DNA of 64,000 nucleotides from a virus (Duplodnaviria; Heunggongvirae; Uroviricota; Caudoviricetes), in the IMG/VR virus record IMGVR_UViG_3300009154_000029. One strand, given 5' to 3'. Shown piece by piece: positions 28,405-38,274 of this stretch. Made by a program: the position numbers and the translations under genes. A model generated the notes under the pieces. It had not been told where the DNA came from. It searched no databases and saw only the letters and a program-made list of their open reading frames with translations. Numbering within the stretch: position 1 is the first letter of the stretch; each line of letters opens with the position of its first letter.

Positions 28405-29373
28405 ATGTTAACAGTTCTAACAGTTCTTGCCTTTATTGGCATCATTTATGGAGTAATTGCCAAAGTTCAAAAGAGTGCAGAGTCTGACTTTGTTCTTCCG
28501 TCGGGAAAATCTGTATTAACAATTTCAGCAATTGCATTTGTTCTATTCCTATCGGTAAACATGACACTGTACAGAATAGGAGCACAAGAGGTTGGTGTTG
28601 TAGTTACCCCACGAGGGGTATCGGATGAAGAACTTACCACCGGGTGGAATTTCGTAGCACCTTGGAATACAGTTAAGCTCATGGATAAAACCGTATGGGT
28701 ATACACACTAACATCTAACCCAAAAGAGGGTGCCAAAAATACAGATGATGCTATTTGGGCACCAACCTCAGATGGTATTAAAATGGGATTCGATATTTCG
28801 GTTAACTGGCGTATTGATCCTAATCAAGCTTCATGGATCTACGGTAACATCTCTGCAGACCAAGACGGTGAAGGCAAGTATCATTGGATTGAAGAAAATA
28901 TTATTAGACCTGCTATTAAGTCTATTATGCCACTTACCATATCAAACTACACGCCAATCCAATGTTATTCTGATAAACGTTCAGAGATACAAGCTAAGGT
29001 ACAAGCAGCTCTTAAAAAAGAATTGCAAACCAATCACCTTGTGGTGGAGGTTGCTCAGATTCGTGAGGTGTTCTATAACCCACAATACGAAGCAAGTATC
29101 AATCAAAAGAAACTTGAAGAACAAAAGGTTTTAACAATGGTTCAAATTACTCGTCAAAAAGATGAGGCGTTAAAACAAGCTACTATTGATAAGGATATAG
29201 CAATTCAAAAAGCAGAAGGCGAAGCGAAAGCCTTGCAAATAAAGGGTTCTTCCATTGCCAGCAATCCTAAGATTATTAATCTTGAGTGGATCCAGAAATG
29301 GGACGGTAAGTTACCAAATTACATGATGGGTAACGGACAAGGTGTTATAATGAACATGCAAAATAAAGATTAA
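28405..29373 (+). CDS. SPFH/band-7 (prohibitin/HflKC-like) membrane protein
   Basis: N-terminal TM helix, SPFH-like core, C-terminal coiled coil. Confidence 0.55.
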   Translation: MLTVLTVLAFIGIIYGVIAKVQKSAESDFVLPSGKSVLTISAIAFVLFLSVNMTLYRIGAQEVGVVVTPRGVSDEELTTGWNFVAPWNTVKLMDKTVWVYTLTSNPKEGAKNTDDAIWAPTSDGIKMGFDISVNWRIDPNQASWIYGNISADQDGEGKYHWIEENIIRPAIKSIMPLTISNYTPIQCYSDKRSEIQAKVQAALKKELQTNHLVVEVAQIREVFYNPQYEASINQKKLEEQKVLTMVQITRQKDEALKQATIDKDIAIQKAEGEAKALQIKGSSIASNPKIINLEWIQKWDGKLPNYMMGNGQGVIMNMQNKD

Positions 29374-29379
29374 ATAAAA

Positions 29380-29823
29380 ATGCAAAAAAGAAAACCATTA
29401 AAAAAGAAACCAGCAGGTAAGGTCACAGCAGAAACACAAGGAGAAAAGTCAGATGTTAATGATTTGGAGGTCGCTAAAAAAATGCTCAAAATTCATCAGA
29501 GTGCTATTGATAGGAATTTAGAATTCAATCTCGGATTCGAGTCAGTTAAAAAACTTCTATCTTATTCCAATTGTTATTACACCAATAGAAAATTTGAAAA
29601 CGAGGGTAACTATGCTAGAAGCTTTGATCGTATAGATTCAGCAAAGGGATATGTGGAAGGAAATGTTGTTGCGTGCACAGTGGACATAAACGGGAAAAAG
29701 AGTAACCTGACATTGGAAGAGATTGAGTGTTTGTATAAAAAGCTAGTGACCAATAAGACTAAGGTTGAAAAAAAGGTTAAGACAGAGGAAGATCCTAGTC
29801 CTACCACCCCTGAAGATATATAG
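29380..29823 (+). CDS. hypothetical protein (possibly degenerate HNH-like fold)
   Basis: SFDRIDSAKGYVEGNVVACTVDINGKKS resembles HNH core with catalytic His replaced. Confidence 0.25.
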   Translation: MQKRKPLKKKPAGKVTAETQGEKSDVNDLEVAKKMLKIHQSAIDRNLEFNLGFESVKKLLSYSNCYYTNRKFENEGNYARSFDRIDSAKGYVEGNVVACTVDINGKKSNLTLEEIECLYKKLVTNKTKVEKKVKTEEDPSPTTPEDI

Positions 29824-29843
29824 AGTAAATTTTTATCTATCAA

Positions 29844-30680
29844 TTGAAAAGGATTTCAACTTTTAATAATTTTCTAAACGAATCTGAAATGGGAACGGAG
29901 CCATTTAAGATCGACGATACTACCTTAAATAAGCTAAAGGAAGACTCTAATTTTTTAAGAAATGCAGCTATTAAAGGAAATATCTCCTCGCTTTTTACCC
30001 TGCATAAAACATACCCAAAAAGAATTCTAGAGATTTACAATTCTTCCGATGGATTTGGAATGACCATAAAGGTTAATGAAATTAACAATTTGATAACCTC
30101 ACTTGATGCTGGGTATTATTATATAACACCTGATGTTTTCTCAGGAAGCTCCATAACTTATCTATATTTCATTAAAGATGATAAACTGGAATCGGGAGAG
30201 TTTAAGGTGGGAAACATTGGTAAGCATCACGATCTATACGACGAGAATATGCTGGTTACTAGTTTAGGTTACGAAAATTATCAGGGCCTCGTTAAAGCTT
30301 TAGATTCTTCAATTAAAGGCGTAGTTGATACCTTTTCAAATATTAGAGTTTTTGATTTTGGTGACTCTAAGATACCCTACAAGCTTTCGTCAGAGGTTAA
30401 GACGAAAATAAAACAGATTTATAAAGAGTGTATTAAAGACTATTTTAATGCAGGCGAGCTCGATCCTGAAATATCCTCCCTGAAAGACATAATAGCGGAC
30501 ATATTCAAGAAAAGACAGAATCTTATTAGAGACTATGGATTAGAAGGACTACCTGATGATTTAATGACTAGGGTCATAAGAAGCTTGGTTGACGATGAGG
30601 AGAAGGAGGTTCTAGTTAAAATTGAATCGCTTCTAAAATTTAGCAAAGCTAAAGAAAACATATTTAAGCTATATCGTTAA
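29844..30680 (+). CDS. hypothetical protein, CTS-like N-terminus MKRISTFNNFLNE
   Basis: ORF track; motif. Confidence 0.45.
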   Translation: MKRISTFNNFLNESEMGTEPFKIDDTTLNKLKEDSNFLRNAAIKGNISSLFTLHKTYPKRILEIYNSSDGFGMTIKVNEINNLITSLDAGYYYITPDVFSGSSITYLYFIKDDKLESGEFKVGNIGKHHDLYDENMLVTSLGYENYQGLVKALDSSIKGVVDTFSNIRVFDFGDSKIPYKLSSEVKTKIKQIYKECIKDYFNAGELDPEISSLKDIIADIFKKRQNLIRDYGLEGLPDDLMTRVIRSLVDDEEKEVLVKIESLLKFSKAKENIFKLYR

Positions 30681-30695
30681 AGATTATACAAGAAC

Positions 30696-30730
30696 AACAA
30701 AAAACCCAAAGTTTCCTTTGGGTTTTTTTA
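30696..30730. terminator. bidirectional rho-independent terminator
   Basis: A-run, ACCCAAAG-TTTC-CTTTGGGT hairpin, T-run between convergent genes. Confidence 0.6.
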
Positions 30731-30749
30731 TTAAAATATAAACAAACAA

Positions 30750-31259
30750 TTATCCATCTAATCCAATATCATCTTTACCCATCCCAAGATATCCGCCAAG
30801 TTTATTGAAATAAGATGTTCTGGTAATATCAGGCTTTATCATCTTAGTCAGATCAATTTTCTGAAGGGACAATTGCTGTACCACACCTCCAACTAAATCA
30901 GGAATAGCTGACACCATAGCTTTAGCTAAATTAGTTCTTTGTTGGATTAGCTTGTCTTTAAAAGATGGGTCTATGCCAGGTAGGGAAGAAATAATACCAG
31001 CAACTCTCTGAGCTAAATATGATGATGCCGAAGATGGATCTTCTTTGACCATTCTTACTATTGTGCTAGCTTGTTGTTGATCCCCATTAATAACTCCTTG
31101 GGCCATTAATTCAGCAATAACTTGCATAGCTTCATTCTTTACTCCAGACATTGAAAATTCAACTTTGCCAAAAACTGGAGGTGCAACTTCGATACCTGCT
31201 GCTCCTGCTCCCGGTGCATTTGCATCCTCAAAAAGCTCAAAATCTATAAGATTTTCCAT
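30750..31259 (-). CDS. hypothetical protein (MENLIDFELFEDA)
   Basis: ORF track. Confidence 0.4.
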   Translation of the reverse strand: MENLIDFELFEDANAPGAGAAGIEVAPPVFGKVEFSMSGVKNEAMQVIAELMAQGVINGDQQQASTIVRMVKEDPSSASSYLAQRVAGIISSLPGIDPSFKDKLIQQRTNLAKAMVSAIPDLVGGVVQQLSLQKIDLTKMIKPDITRTSYFNKLGGYLGMGKDDIGLDG

Positions 31260-31275
31260 ATTAATATATTTTATT

Positions 31276-31545
31276 TTATTCTGCGTGTGGTTTTACTAGT
31301 CCTGCATATCCAGGTTGTCCCATGCATTCTTTTATATATCCCATGCACTCGTTAACATACCCCTCGTAGGTGTGAGAATCGTCTGGGTCATTGTGATAGT
31401 CTTCCGCTTCCTTGCAAAGCATAGCTTCACAAAGGGATTTTATTTCATTTTTTGCATCCTCACTCACTGCACCACATTCTTCTAAATGTGATCCGTAATT
31501 CTCCATTAATCCGGAGAAACTCTCGTATGATTTTAAATTTGTCAT
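31276..31545 (-). CDS. hypothetical Cys-rich protein (MTNLKSYESF)
   Basis: ORF track. Confidence 0.35.
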   Translation of the reverse strand: MTNLKSYESFSGLMENYGSHLEECGAVSEDAKNEIKSLCEAMLCKEAEDYHNDPDDSHTYEGYVNECMGYIKECMGQPGYAGLVKPHAE

Positions 31546-31548
31546 GGT

Positions 31549-31857
31549 TTATATATCTTTTTGCGTTTCTGAATCCACTGGATCTGGCTGTGTGGTTTGT
31601 TCAGATTGGTCTTTAGATGCCTGTTTCGGAGAGGAAGAATTTTTAGAAAATATCTTTTCTATTACCGTTAATCCTAAACCCCCACCTGTTATGATTACTA
31701 ACGAATCAAACATAAATTCAGGGGTTACCCATTTGTCAGCCTTAAAGGTTGCCAGAAATGTGATAACAATAATTGAAAAGAGAGAAACGATAGCAGCAAA
31801 TCTTTTGCTGGACGCCTCTGATTGATTTGAGAAAATATCTTTGAAAAATTCTTTCAT
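31549..31857 (-). CDS. small membrane protein
   Basis: central hydrophobic helix. Confidence 0.35.
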   Translation of the reverse strand: MKEFFKDIFSNQSEASSKRFAAIVSLFSIIVITFLATFKADKWVTPEFMFDSLVIITGGGLGLTVIEKIFSKNSSSPKQASKDQSEQTTQPDPVDSETQKDI

Positions 31858-31913
31858 AACTTTATTGTTATTTTTTTATATATCTATTAACACCGTATTT
31901 TGATATATAAATC

Positions 31914-32333
31914 ATGTCCAGCATTTTAAAATTTTCCGATTGGGTTCTAGAAGGCATTGATCCATCTATGCCAGACTGGAGGGAAGGTGGGATTGTTTTA
32001 ATTAAGGGTATGGTTTTAGATGATGGCTGGCCTAGGTTATATGCCGGAAGAATATCGAGCCTTTGGAGAAATTCAAGTGGCGCTATTATGGTAAAGCTTC
32101 AATCCCAGATCTACATTATACTAAGGCAAGGATGGACATACACAAGTAATAAAATAATGACAAACCCAGAAATTCTAAAAAGAGCTTTAGGATTATCCTC
32201 ATATAGTTTAGCACTAAATTCAAAAACAGGAAAGACCCCAATGTGGGAGAAATCTATAAATAGAGTGGATTTTGAAGCATTTTTAAGGGATTGGTCAACG
32301 GTACTCGACACCTACACAGAATTCAAATTCTAA
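31914..32333 (+). CDS. hypothetical protein
   Basis: ORF track. Confidence 0.35.
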   Translation: MSSILKFSDWVLEGIDPSMPDWREGGIVLIKGMVLDDGWPRLYAGRISSLWRNSSGAIMVKLQSQIYIILRQGWTYTSNKIMTNPEILKRALGLSSYSLALNSKTGKTPMWEKSINRVDFEAFLRDWSTVLDTYTEFKF

Positions 32334-32335
32334 TT

Positions 32336-32905
32336 TTACTTTTTTAGAAGATCGTTAAGAACATAGGTTCCCCTTTCGTTTAAGGGAACACCGCTTAGAT
32401 CTGTATAGGGTATACATTCAAGGTCAAGATAATTTTTGATGATTGCATCAAGTTTAATGATTTCCTCCTTATTATGGAATCTTATGCCATCATTTTCTGT
32501 ACCTTCTAGAACTGGCGGGACATAATATATTCTATGCCATTGGTTTATTGATTTTAGAATCTCCTTTTGCACATGATTGATTGTTGCTATCTCCTTTAAA
32601 GAAAGGTTACCTTTAAAAAGCGATCTAAAGTAAAAATAGTTTAGCAAGGAGCTGGAGTCACAAATGATCCACTCTTTTGAACCAACATACATTCTTTCCC
32701 TCCCCAATTGTTTATAAAATATCACCAGCTGATCCATGGCAGAATCTGGGATACCCCACTCTGCAATATAATCGGTAGCTGCTTCTCCTACAAAGATTGA
32801 ATTCTTTCTTTTAATTTTAAGACTATGGTGAAGTGATGTTGCTAAAGTGCTTTTTCCTGAGCATGGAGCTCCTATAACTGAGACTAAATACGATTGTGTT
32901 TTCAT
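32336..32905 (-). CDS. P-loop NTPase / nucleotide-kinase-like protein
   Basis: Walker A GAPCSGKST at residues 12-20; 189 aa kinase-sized. Confidence 0.45.
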   Translation of the reverse strand: MKTQSYLVSVIGAPCSGKSTLATSLHHSLKIKRKNSIFVGEAATDYIAEWGIPDSAMDQLVIFYKQLGRERMYVGSKEWIICDSSSLLNYFYFRSLFKGNLSLKEIATINHVQKEILKSINQWHRIYYVPPVLEGTENDGIRFHNKEEIIKLDAIIKNYLDLECIPYTDLSGVPLNERGTYVLNDLLKK

Positions 32906-33039
32906 CGGTGATTATATACAGGATTCCAAAATAATTCCACGAATCTGGGAATAACCTGTGATTTTTAACTATAATACAGGAAATAGTCCTGAAAATGGGA
33001 ATTTGAAAAATATAAGTGATTAATTTTAAATGATTTAGA

Positions 33040-33468
33040 GTGAAACTATCTATAGCAAACAGAAAAGCCAAATTTGATTATGAATTTTTAGAAATCTGGA
33101 TTGCTGGGATTTGTTTAACCGGATCTGAGGTTAAGTCAGTTAGGGATTCAAAGGTTTCCATGGTGGATTCCTTTTGCTTTTTTATCTCTGATGAACTTTG
33201 GCTTAAGGGAATGACCATAACACCTGGATTGAATTCTTTCCAACATGACCCTATAAGGGATCGAAAGCTGTTATTAAAAAGAAAGGAGTTAAAGAAATTA
33301 AAGGATAAAATGGATCAGGGATTAACTATAGTTCCAATCCGGATATTTTCATCAGAAAGAAATCTTATTAAAGTTGAGATAGCTCTAGCAAAAGGAAAAA
33401 AGAGCTACGATAAAAGAAACGCAATCAAGGAAAGAGAGGCTGAAAGAGAGATTAGAAAATTATATTAA
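33040..33468 (+). CDS. smpB: SsrA-binding protein SmpB
   Basis: whole-length similarity to SmpB: IAxNxKAxxDYxxxE, GTEVKS, ITP, DPxRxRKLLLxxxEL, IALAKGKKxxDKRxxIKERE. Confidence 0.8.
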   Translation: MKLSIANRKAKFDYEFLEIWIAGICLTGSEVKSVRDSKVSMVDSFCFFISDELWLKGMTITPGLNSFQHDPIRDRKLLLKRKELKKLKDKMDQGLTIVPIRIFSSERNLIKVEIALAKGKKSYDKRNAIKEREAEREIRKLY

Positions 33469-33477
33469 AATTTAGTT

Positions 33478-34242
33478 ATGAAAAAAATACTAAAAGAAAT
33501 TTATCCATTCTGTAAAAAAGCTAGAAATGAAGGAACAGCTTTTGCCAATGGACATATAGACTACCCTGCCAGGGTTAAGTTTTTGGTAAACCTCTTAGAG
33601 AAATTTGACATATCGCATTTTGTAGATTCATTTGCAACTGAGGTTCATCCCATGATAAATTTTCATAATATAGTTATGCCGGGAAAAAGCAGCTATATTA
33701 TAATTGCTCATCATGATATAGTTAATCCAAATTCAGATAATGCAAATGACAACTCTGCTTCTGTTATTAACGCAATCTACCTTAAGTCACTTGTTCCTGA
33801 TGCAACTGTTGTTTTGACTGATTGTGAGGAGGTTGGAATGTACGGAGCAAAAAGACTCTGTGAGCAAATAAAAAGTGGTCTTTATGGTGAGATCAAGGGT
33901 GTTATAAATCTCGAACTTACTGGAGCTGGAGGAAAATCTATAATGATAGGGGATTATCCAGGATCACTGAATGAAAGAATTAGAATTTTATTCGAAGCAC
34001 CTGTTTTTTCAACACCTCCAAGCGACACCGTTATTTTTAGAAGGGAAGGTATAGATAGCACAGTGATTAATCCACTGCCTATAGTATCCGAGAACTTTTC
34101 AAATATGCCAACTCAGGGAGGATATTTAGATAACTCATCATGGTGGAGATGTCACACTGAGGAAGACTCTGTTGATCAAATATCTATTGATGATATGCAC
34201 CAGTTTGTAACCAAAATTCTTGTTCCTCTTATTAAACCTTAA
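33478..34242 (+). CDS. M28/M20-like zinc peptidase candidate
   Basis: HHD..., DNSAS, CEEVG, NLELTG blocks in metal-ligand order of M28-type peptidases. Confidence 0.35.
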   Translation: MKKILKEIYPFCKKARNEGTAFANGHIDYPARVKFLVNLLEKFDISHFVDSFATEVHPMINFHNIVMPGKSSYIIIAHHDIVNPNSDNANDNSASVINAIYLKSLVPDATVVLTDCEEVGMYGAKRLCEQIKSGLYGEIKGVINLELTGAGGKSIMIGDYPGSLNERIRILFEAPVFSTPPSDTVIFRREGIDSTVINPLPIVSENFSNMPTQGGYLDNSSWWRCHTEEDSVDQISIDDMHQFVTKILVPLIKP

Positions 34243-34346
34243 ATGGAAACATTAGATCTCATATTAAGGGTAATAACTTTGGGTTTGGCTTGTTTTGGTT
34301 TATTCCTAGTCGTTTTTGTTTTAATTAAAGATAACTTTAAAAAACT

Positions 34347-34538
34347 ATGAATCATTTTGTTATTAGCGGATCTATTGTCCAAGCAATGAAGGAAAAATAT
34401 GGTGAAGAGATGGTAGAAAAGTGCTTCTATCTAGCAAGTCAAAAATTTCCTACAGATGTCTATGAGGACATAAAGGATAGCGGAGAAATGGATTTAATGG
34501 ATTGTTTTTGTACTATTTACGAAGGTCTTCTGAAATAG
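34347..34538 (+). CDS. hypothetical protein
   Basis: ORF track. Confidence 0.3.
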   Translation: MNHFVISGSIVQAMKEKYGEEMVEKCFYLASQKFPTDVYEDIKDSGEMDLMDCFCTIYEGLLK

Positions 34539-34925
34539 AATTCCTATTTAAATACCTCGTAAGCAAGATATAGGATAACCAAAAACAACCTGAAATTGAA
34601 TAAAAAACGATGTCTGCAGCCCAATAAGAACCTGTCAAGTCCATGATGAGCTTGAAGAGAGCATCGTAGCCAAACGGAAGAAAAAACATTGCGAGCATTA
34701 AAGAGGTTTCCTTTAAGATCGTGAGTCTTTTCTTTTTGTCTTTGAGTATTTTGATTTTTTCTATCACCAGGGTCGTCGTCCATATTGGAAAATTTTTTCA
34801 CAATTTAGCTCCATAGTGGAAAAAAACTGCGGAATTCAAGTTATTCGTTGTATATATTGGAAAAGTTTTGCAAAATAAGGAACTTACACCACTTTATCCT
34901 CATAGAAAAAATAAAATTAAAAATT

Positions 34926-35246
34926 ATGCCACGTTTCGAATCATCAGCAGAGGTAGACGTAGACGTTTACGAATTTTTAGAATCATGTTCAGACTGGGAC
35001 AAAGCAGAAGCTCTGGAACAGCTTTTGGATGAAGTACCAGAAAGCGACAGATTGGAAAAGGCCTTGAAAAAAAGCTTGGCCGAAAAATTCTCAGGAATGT
35101 CACTTGGAAGTCCAGATTTAGGCGGAGATAATCTTAATTACGACCAGGAAGAGTTTATGTCTTCATTAAACAAGCTTAATAAAGCTTACTATCAGCTATC
35201 TAATGAGGAGCTTGAAATTATAAATAAGATAGCTAAGAGGTTTTAA
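34926..35246 (+). CDS. hypothetical acidic protein (start at MPRFESSAE)
   Basis: in-frame ATG preceded by AT-rich leader; track ORF from 34848 has an implausible N-terminus. Confidence 0.35.
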   Translation: MPRFESSAEVDVDVYEFLESCSDWDKAEALEQLLDEVPESDRLEKALKKSLAEKFSGMSLGSPDLGGDNLNYDQEEFMSSLNKLNKAYYQLSNEELEIINKIAKRF

Positions 35247-35270
35247 TTGTGATTCATGAATATATAGTCC

Positions 35271-35960
35271 ATGCACATTCTGGAATACAAGAGATTTATA
35301 ACGGAATCTAACGAAGAGAATCTATATACATTTGACCAGCTTTCACCTAAAGCCCAGCAAAATGCTATAGAGCGCAATAGAGAGCCAGACCTTGATTACG
35401 ATTGGGAATCCCCCATTATTGAAGGATTCAGTGAAGAAATGGAGAAATGTGGAATCAGAGACGTTAAGTGCATGTTTAGTGGATTTCACAGCCAAGGAGA
35501 TGGCGCTTCATTCACTGGTGAGGTTTTTGACAATAGAAAATTTATCTTTGAAACTTTAGACATGGGCAGATTTGATCCCTGGCCACTACTTGATAGGGTA
35601 AAATCAGCAGCAAGTATGAGAGAAGAAATTTTAAAAACATTTAATGAAGACCTTCATATTCGAATTACAAGAAGACCTAACAGTAATTATGTACATGAGA
35701 ACACTGTTAGCGTAGATGTTAATTATTACAATGATGAAGACTTTTACATAAAAATCGGATTGGAAGGAGAAGTTTTAATAGACCTTGATGTATTTTTGCA
35801 TGAGCTAGAAATGGAGGCTATTATGTGGGTTAGAGAAAAATCAAAGGGACTTTACAGAGATCTAGAAAATTATTACGAAGAACTAACCTCAGATGAGGGA
35901 ATAGCAGATAACTTAAGAAGTGGGGGATATGAATTTGACGAGATGGGAAATATGATTTAA
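35271..35960 (+). CDS. hypothetical protein, CTS-like N-terminus MHILEYKRFITE
   Basis: ORF track; motif. Confidence 0.45.
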   Translation: MHILEYKRFITESNEENLYTFDQLSPKAQQNAIERNREPDLDYDWESPIIEGFSEEMEKCGIRDVKCMFSGFHSQGDGASFTGEVFDNRKFIFETLDMGRFDPWPLLDRVKSAASMREEILKTFNEDLHIRITRRPNSNYVHENTVSVDVNYYNDEDFYIKIGLEGEVLIDLDVFLHELEMEAIMWVREKSKGLYRDLENYYEELTSDEGIADNLRSGGYEFDEMGNMI

Positions 35961-36110
35961 TTAAAAAAATAATTACATGAAAAAAGAAACCTGGCTAAAG
36001 GAAGAATATCAAGGTAAATCACAGAAACAAGTTGAAGATAGCTGTAAGATCATCACTTGGGGAACGATTGTTATTCTGATAGCACTGATAGCTTCTATGC
36101 TAATCAAGCA

Positions 36111-36587
36111 TTAATATTTTCCTCTAAGGGATTCCTCCCATTTTCTAAACATAAGATTTCCTCTCTGATAGGCATCTGCTTCTATCTTTTCAACATCCTG
36201 GGATTTACCGTATATCCCCTCAGAGGCTTTCGCAATATCCCATCCTTTATTTAATTTTTGATCCGCGTGGATCAGTTCATGAGCTAAAGATCTTAGACAA
36301 TCTTTCAAAGCTCTACCGCTAGTGAAGATTGTAATCTCATTTATTGTTGGATTGTAGTTTCCAGTCGGGAAAAAAGCAGGAACACCTTTTTGTTTTTTCT
36401 TGTCAAATGTGATTGTTGGAAAAACCTCGTCATCAAACTCTATTCCCTCGCCTGACATGAAATCGATTATCGAAGAAGCTAGTTTACAGATATCCGCACC
36501 ATCCACGGTAAAAGCTTTACCCGAATTTATTTTTTGGTTTTTGTCTATTTTTTTAAGATATCCGTTAAAGTCCTTAATTCTTTTCAT
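36111..36587 (-). CDS. HExxH zinc metalloprotease-like protein, CTS-like N-terminus MKRIKDFNGYL
   Basis: HELIH motif at residues 113-117. Confidence 0.45.
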   Translation of the reverse strand: MKRIKDFNGYLKKIDKNQKINSGKAFTVDGADICKLASSIIDFMSGEGIEFDDEVFPTITFDKKKQKGVPAFFPTGNYNPTINEITIFTSGRALKDCLRSLAHELIHADQKLNKGWDIAKASEGIYGKSQDVEKIEADAYQRGNLMFRKWEESLRGKY

Positions 36588-36588
36588 A

Positions 36589-37731
36589 TTAAATCATTCC
36601 TTTTTTCAAAGCCCTACCCAAATGAGACATATCTTTTATTCCAGTCCTTTTAAGAACATCGTCCTTTATTTTAGGATAAGGATCTAGAAGATATAATTCT
36701 AGAGGATTTTCTTTAAAGTATTTGTCTAAAACATCATTTGTTAAAATTGTGGACATTAGCCTTTGAGCTTTTGTCCTAACCTCTGGTTTTTCAATTTTTG
36801 CCCATTTGGCACCTTCATAATAAGTTGTAAAGGATTCACCTGAAAGAACATGCAATTTAGATTCAAGATTCCATTCACCATCGGGTATGTAAAAAACCGG
36901 GGTTGAAAAAAATCCACCGATAAAATCAGCAACGCCCTTAAGGGATTTTAAATGATCATCCCAAGCATAAATACTACCTGCACGATAATTTCCTCCCACT
37001 TTTTTTGGTCCATTTTCTAGAGATTCTAGCATGTTTGAGTTGCAATAAAAATCTTGTCCAACTTCAATCGGAGATCCAGCTAGAGATTTAATTTCGCATT
37101 GAGAACAATTGAATAGACCAGAAACGTAGGTTGGTGCAAATGGCAAGGATGTTATTATTGAATTCCAAGAACAATTAAAGTCACCTTTAATTTTCCCGAA
37201 TCTCAGTGAATATAATGCTTCCAGTTTTTCATTCGTATCTATCTTTTGGATTAGATCAACATTTCCATTTACATCTATCCTTTCAGTGCTTGGATTCCAC
37301 TTCCAATTAGATGTTTTTATTGATGAAAACAATAAGGATAAAGCTTGATCACTGATAGGACCGTGAGTTTCTTTTCTAGTCCTCTTCTTTGCTTCCTTAG
37401 CGTATTTATCAATAAGATAATCAAGCAAATCCTTTAATGAGTAGGCATCTCCAGTAGCACCATATCTTCTAATAAATCCGCTATCTTTTGCATAGTCTCT
37501 AATGTACCCTGACTTCTGCAAAACTATTCCAGATGGATACAGATCTATTCTATTGTTAGATAACATAATGCTTTGATTTCTTGCCTGTCCAGCAGTTGTG
37601 GAATCTGTGAACCCCAGGTCTTGCAAAGATTTCCATTCCTCCTTATAGGAATCCTTCCAATTGGCAGGCCAGCCATCGCTTACAAGTCTCTCGTTTATGG
37701 GAAATTCTGAAAGATTAATAATTCTTCTCAT
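36589..37731 (-). CDS. LRR-like repeat protein of the conserved-C-tail family (paralog of 53234..54610)
   Basis: N-terminal ~110 aa alignable with 53234 gene; repeats ...SLAGSPIEVGQDFYCNSNMLESLENGPKKVGGNY; tail YFKENPLELYLLDPYPKIKDDVLKRTGIKDMSHLGRALKKGMI. Confidence 0.55.
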   Translation of the reverse strand: MRRIINLSEFPINERLVSDGWPANWKDSYKEEWKSLQDLGFTDSTTAGQARNQSIMLSNNRIDLYPSGIVLQKSGYIRDYAKDSGFIRRYGATGDAYSLKDLLDYLIDKYAKEAKKRTRKETHGPISDQALSLLFSSIKTSNWKWNPSTERIDVNGNVDLIQKIDTNEKLEALYSLRFGKIKGDFNCSWNSIITSLPFAPTYVSGLFNCSQCEIKSLAGSPIEVGQDFYCNSNMLESLENGPKKVGGNYRAGSIYAWDDHLKSLKGVADFIGGFFSTPVFYIPDGEWNLESKLHVLSGESFTTYYEGAKWAKIEKPEVRTKAQRLMSTILTNDVLDKYFKENPLELYLLDPYPKIKDDVLKRTGIKDMSHLGRALKKGMI

Positions 37732-37737
37732 GTTAAA

Positions 37738-38217
37738 TTACTTATTCTTTGATTTTGGAGGATAAGTCTTTTCTATCCAACTTGGGAATTCATCAAGAAC
37801 ATCTGCTTTAGAAACATCATATCCAAATTTGGAGTAATGTTCTGGCTTAGAAACCTTAAATTTCTCATCCTTGTCTTTGGAAAATTGTTTGTGTGCAAAA
37901 TCTATGACCCAGCCATCCATATATCCAGCTACGTGGGCATTCTTTTGTTTAGAAGTCTCCGGAAAATAGATTAGCTGAACAGGGGTTCTAGCTATTTCGC
38001 ACCATCTAAAGAAGTCCTGTGCATACCATGCGCAATTGCCCGTTTTTTTGTCAAATGGCTTGCCATTTCCTATATCGTAATCCTTTTCTATATCCTTTAG
38101 ATAAGACTTGGCTACGGCTTCGTAATCACGTCTTAAATTAGGGACGTTGGAAACAACCGGGAGATAATCCCTATTTAAAGTTGCGGTATAAGACTCGTAG
38201 AGTGAAATATATTTCAT
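37738..38217 (-). CDS. papain-like (NlpC/P60- or CHAP-like) candidate, CTS-like N-terminus MKYISLYESY
   Basis: GNCAWYAQ (Cys) followed by HVAGYMDGWVID (His) in papain-fold order. Confidence 0.3.
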   Translation of the reverse strand: MKYISLYESYTATLNRDYLPVVSNVPNLRRDYEAVAKSYLKDIEKDYDIGNGKPFDKKTGNCAWYAQDFFRWCEIARTPVQLIYFPETSKQKNAHVAGYMDGWVIDFAHKQFSKDKDEKFKVSKPEHYSKFGYDVSKADVLDEFPSWIEKTYPPKSKNK

Positions 38218-38274
38218 TTTGCTAGTTATATATCGGAATACTAGAGATATATAAACAAATTAAAAAAGATATTT

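Noticed and set aside
33040-33468. tmRNA next to smpB
   Set aside because: Looked for a tRNA-Ala-like acceptor/T-arm pair and a tag-peptide frame (…ALAA*) and found none in this window. The only GGTTCGAATCC T-arms belong to the two tRNA-like genes.
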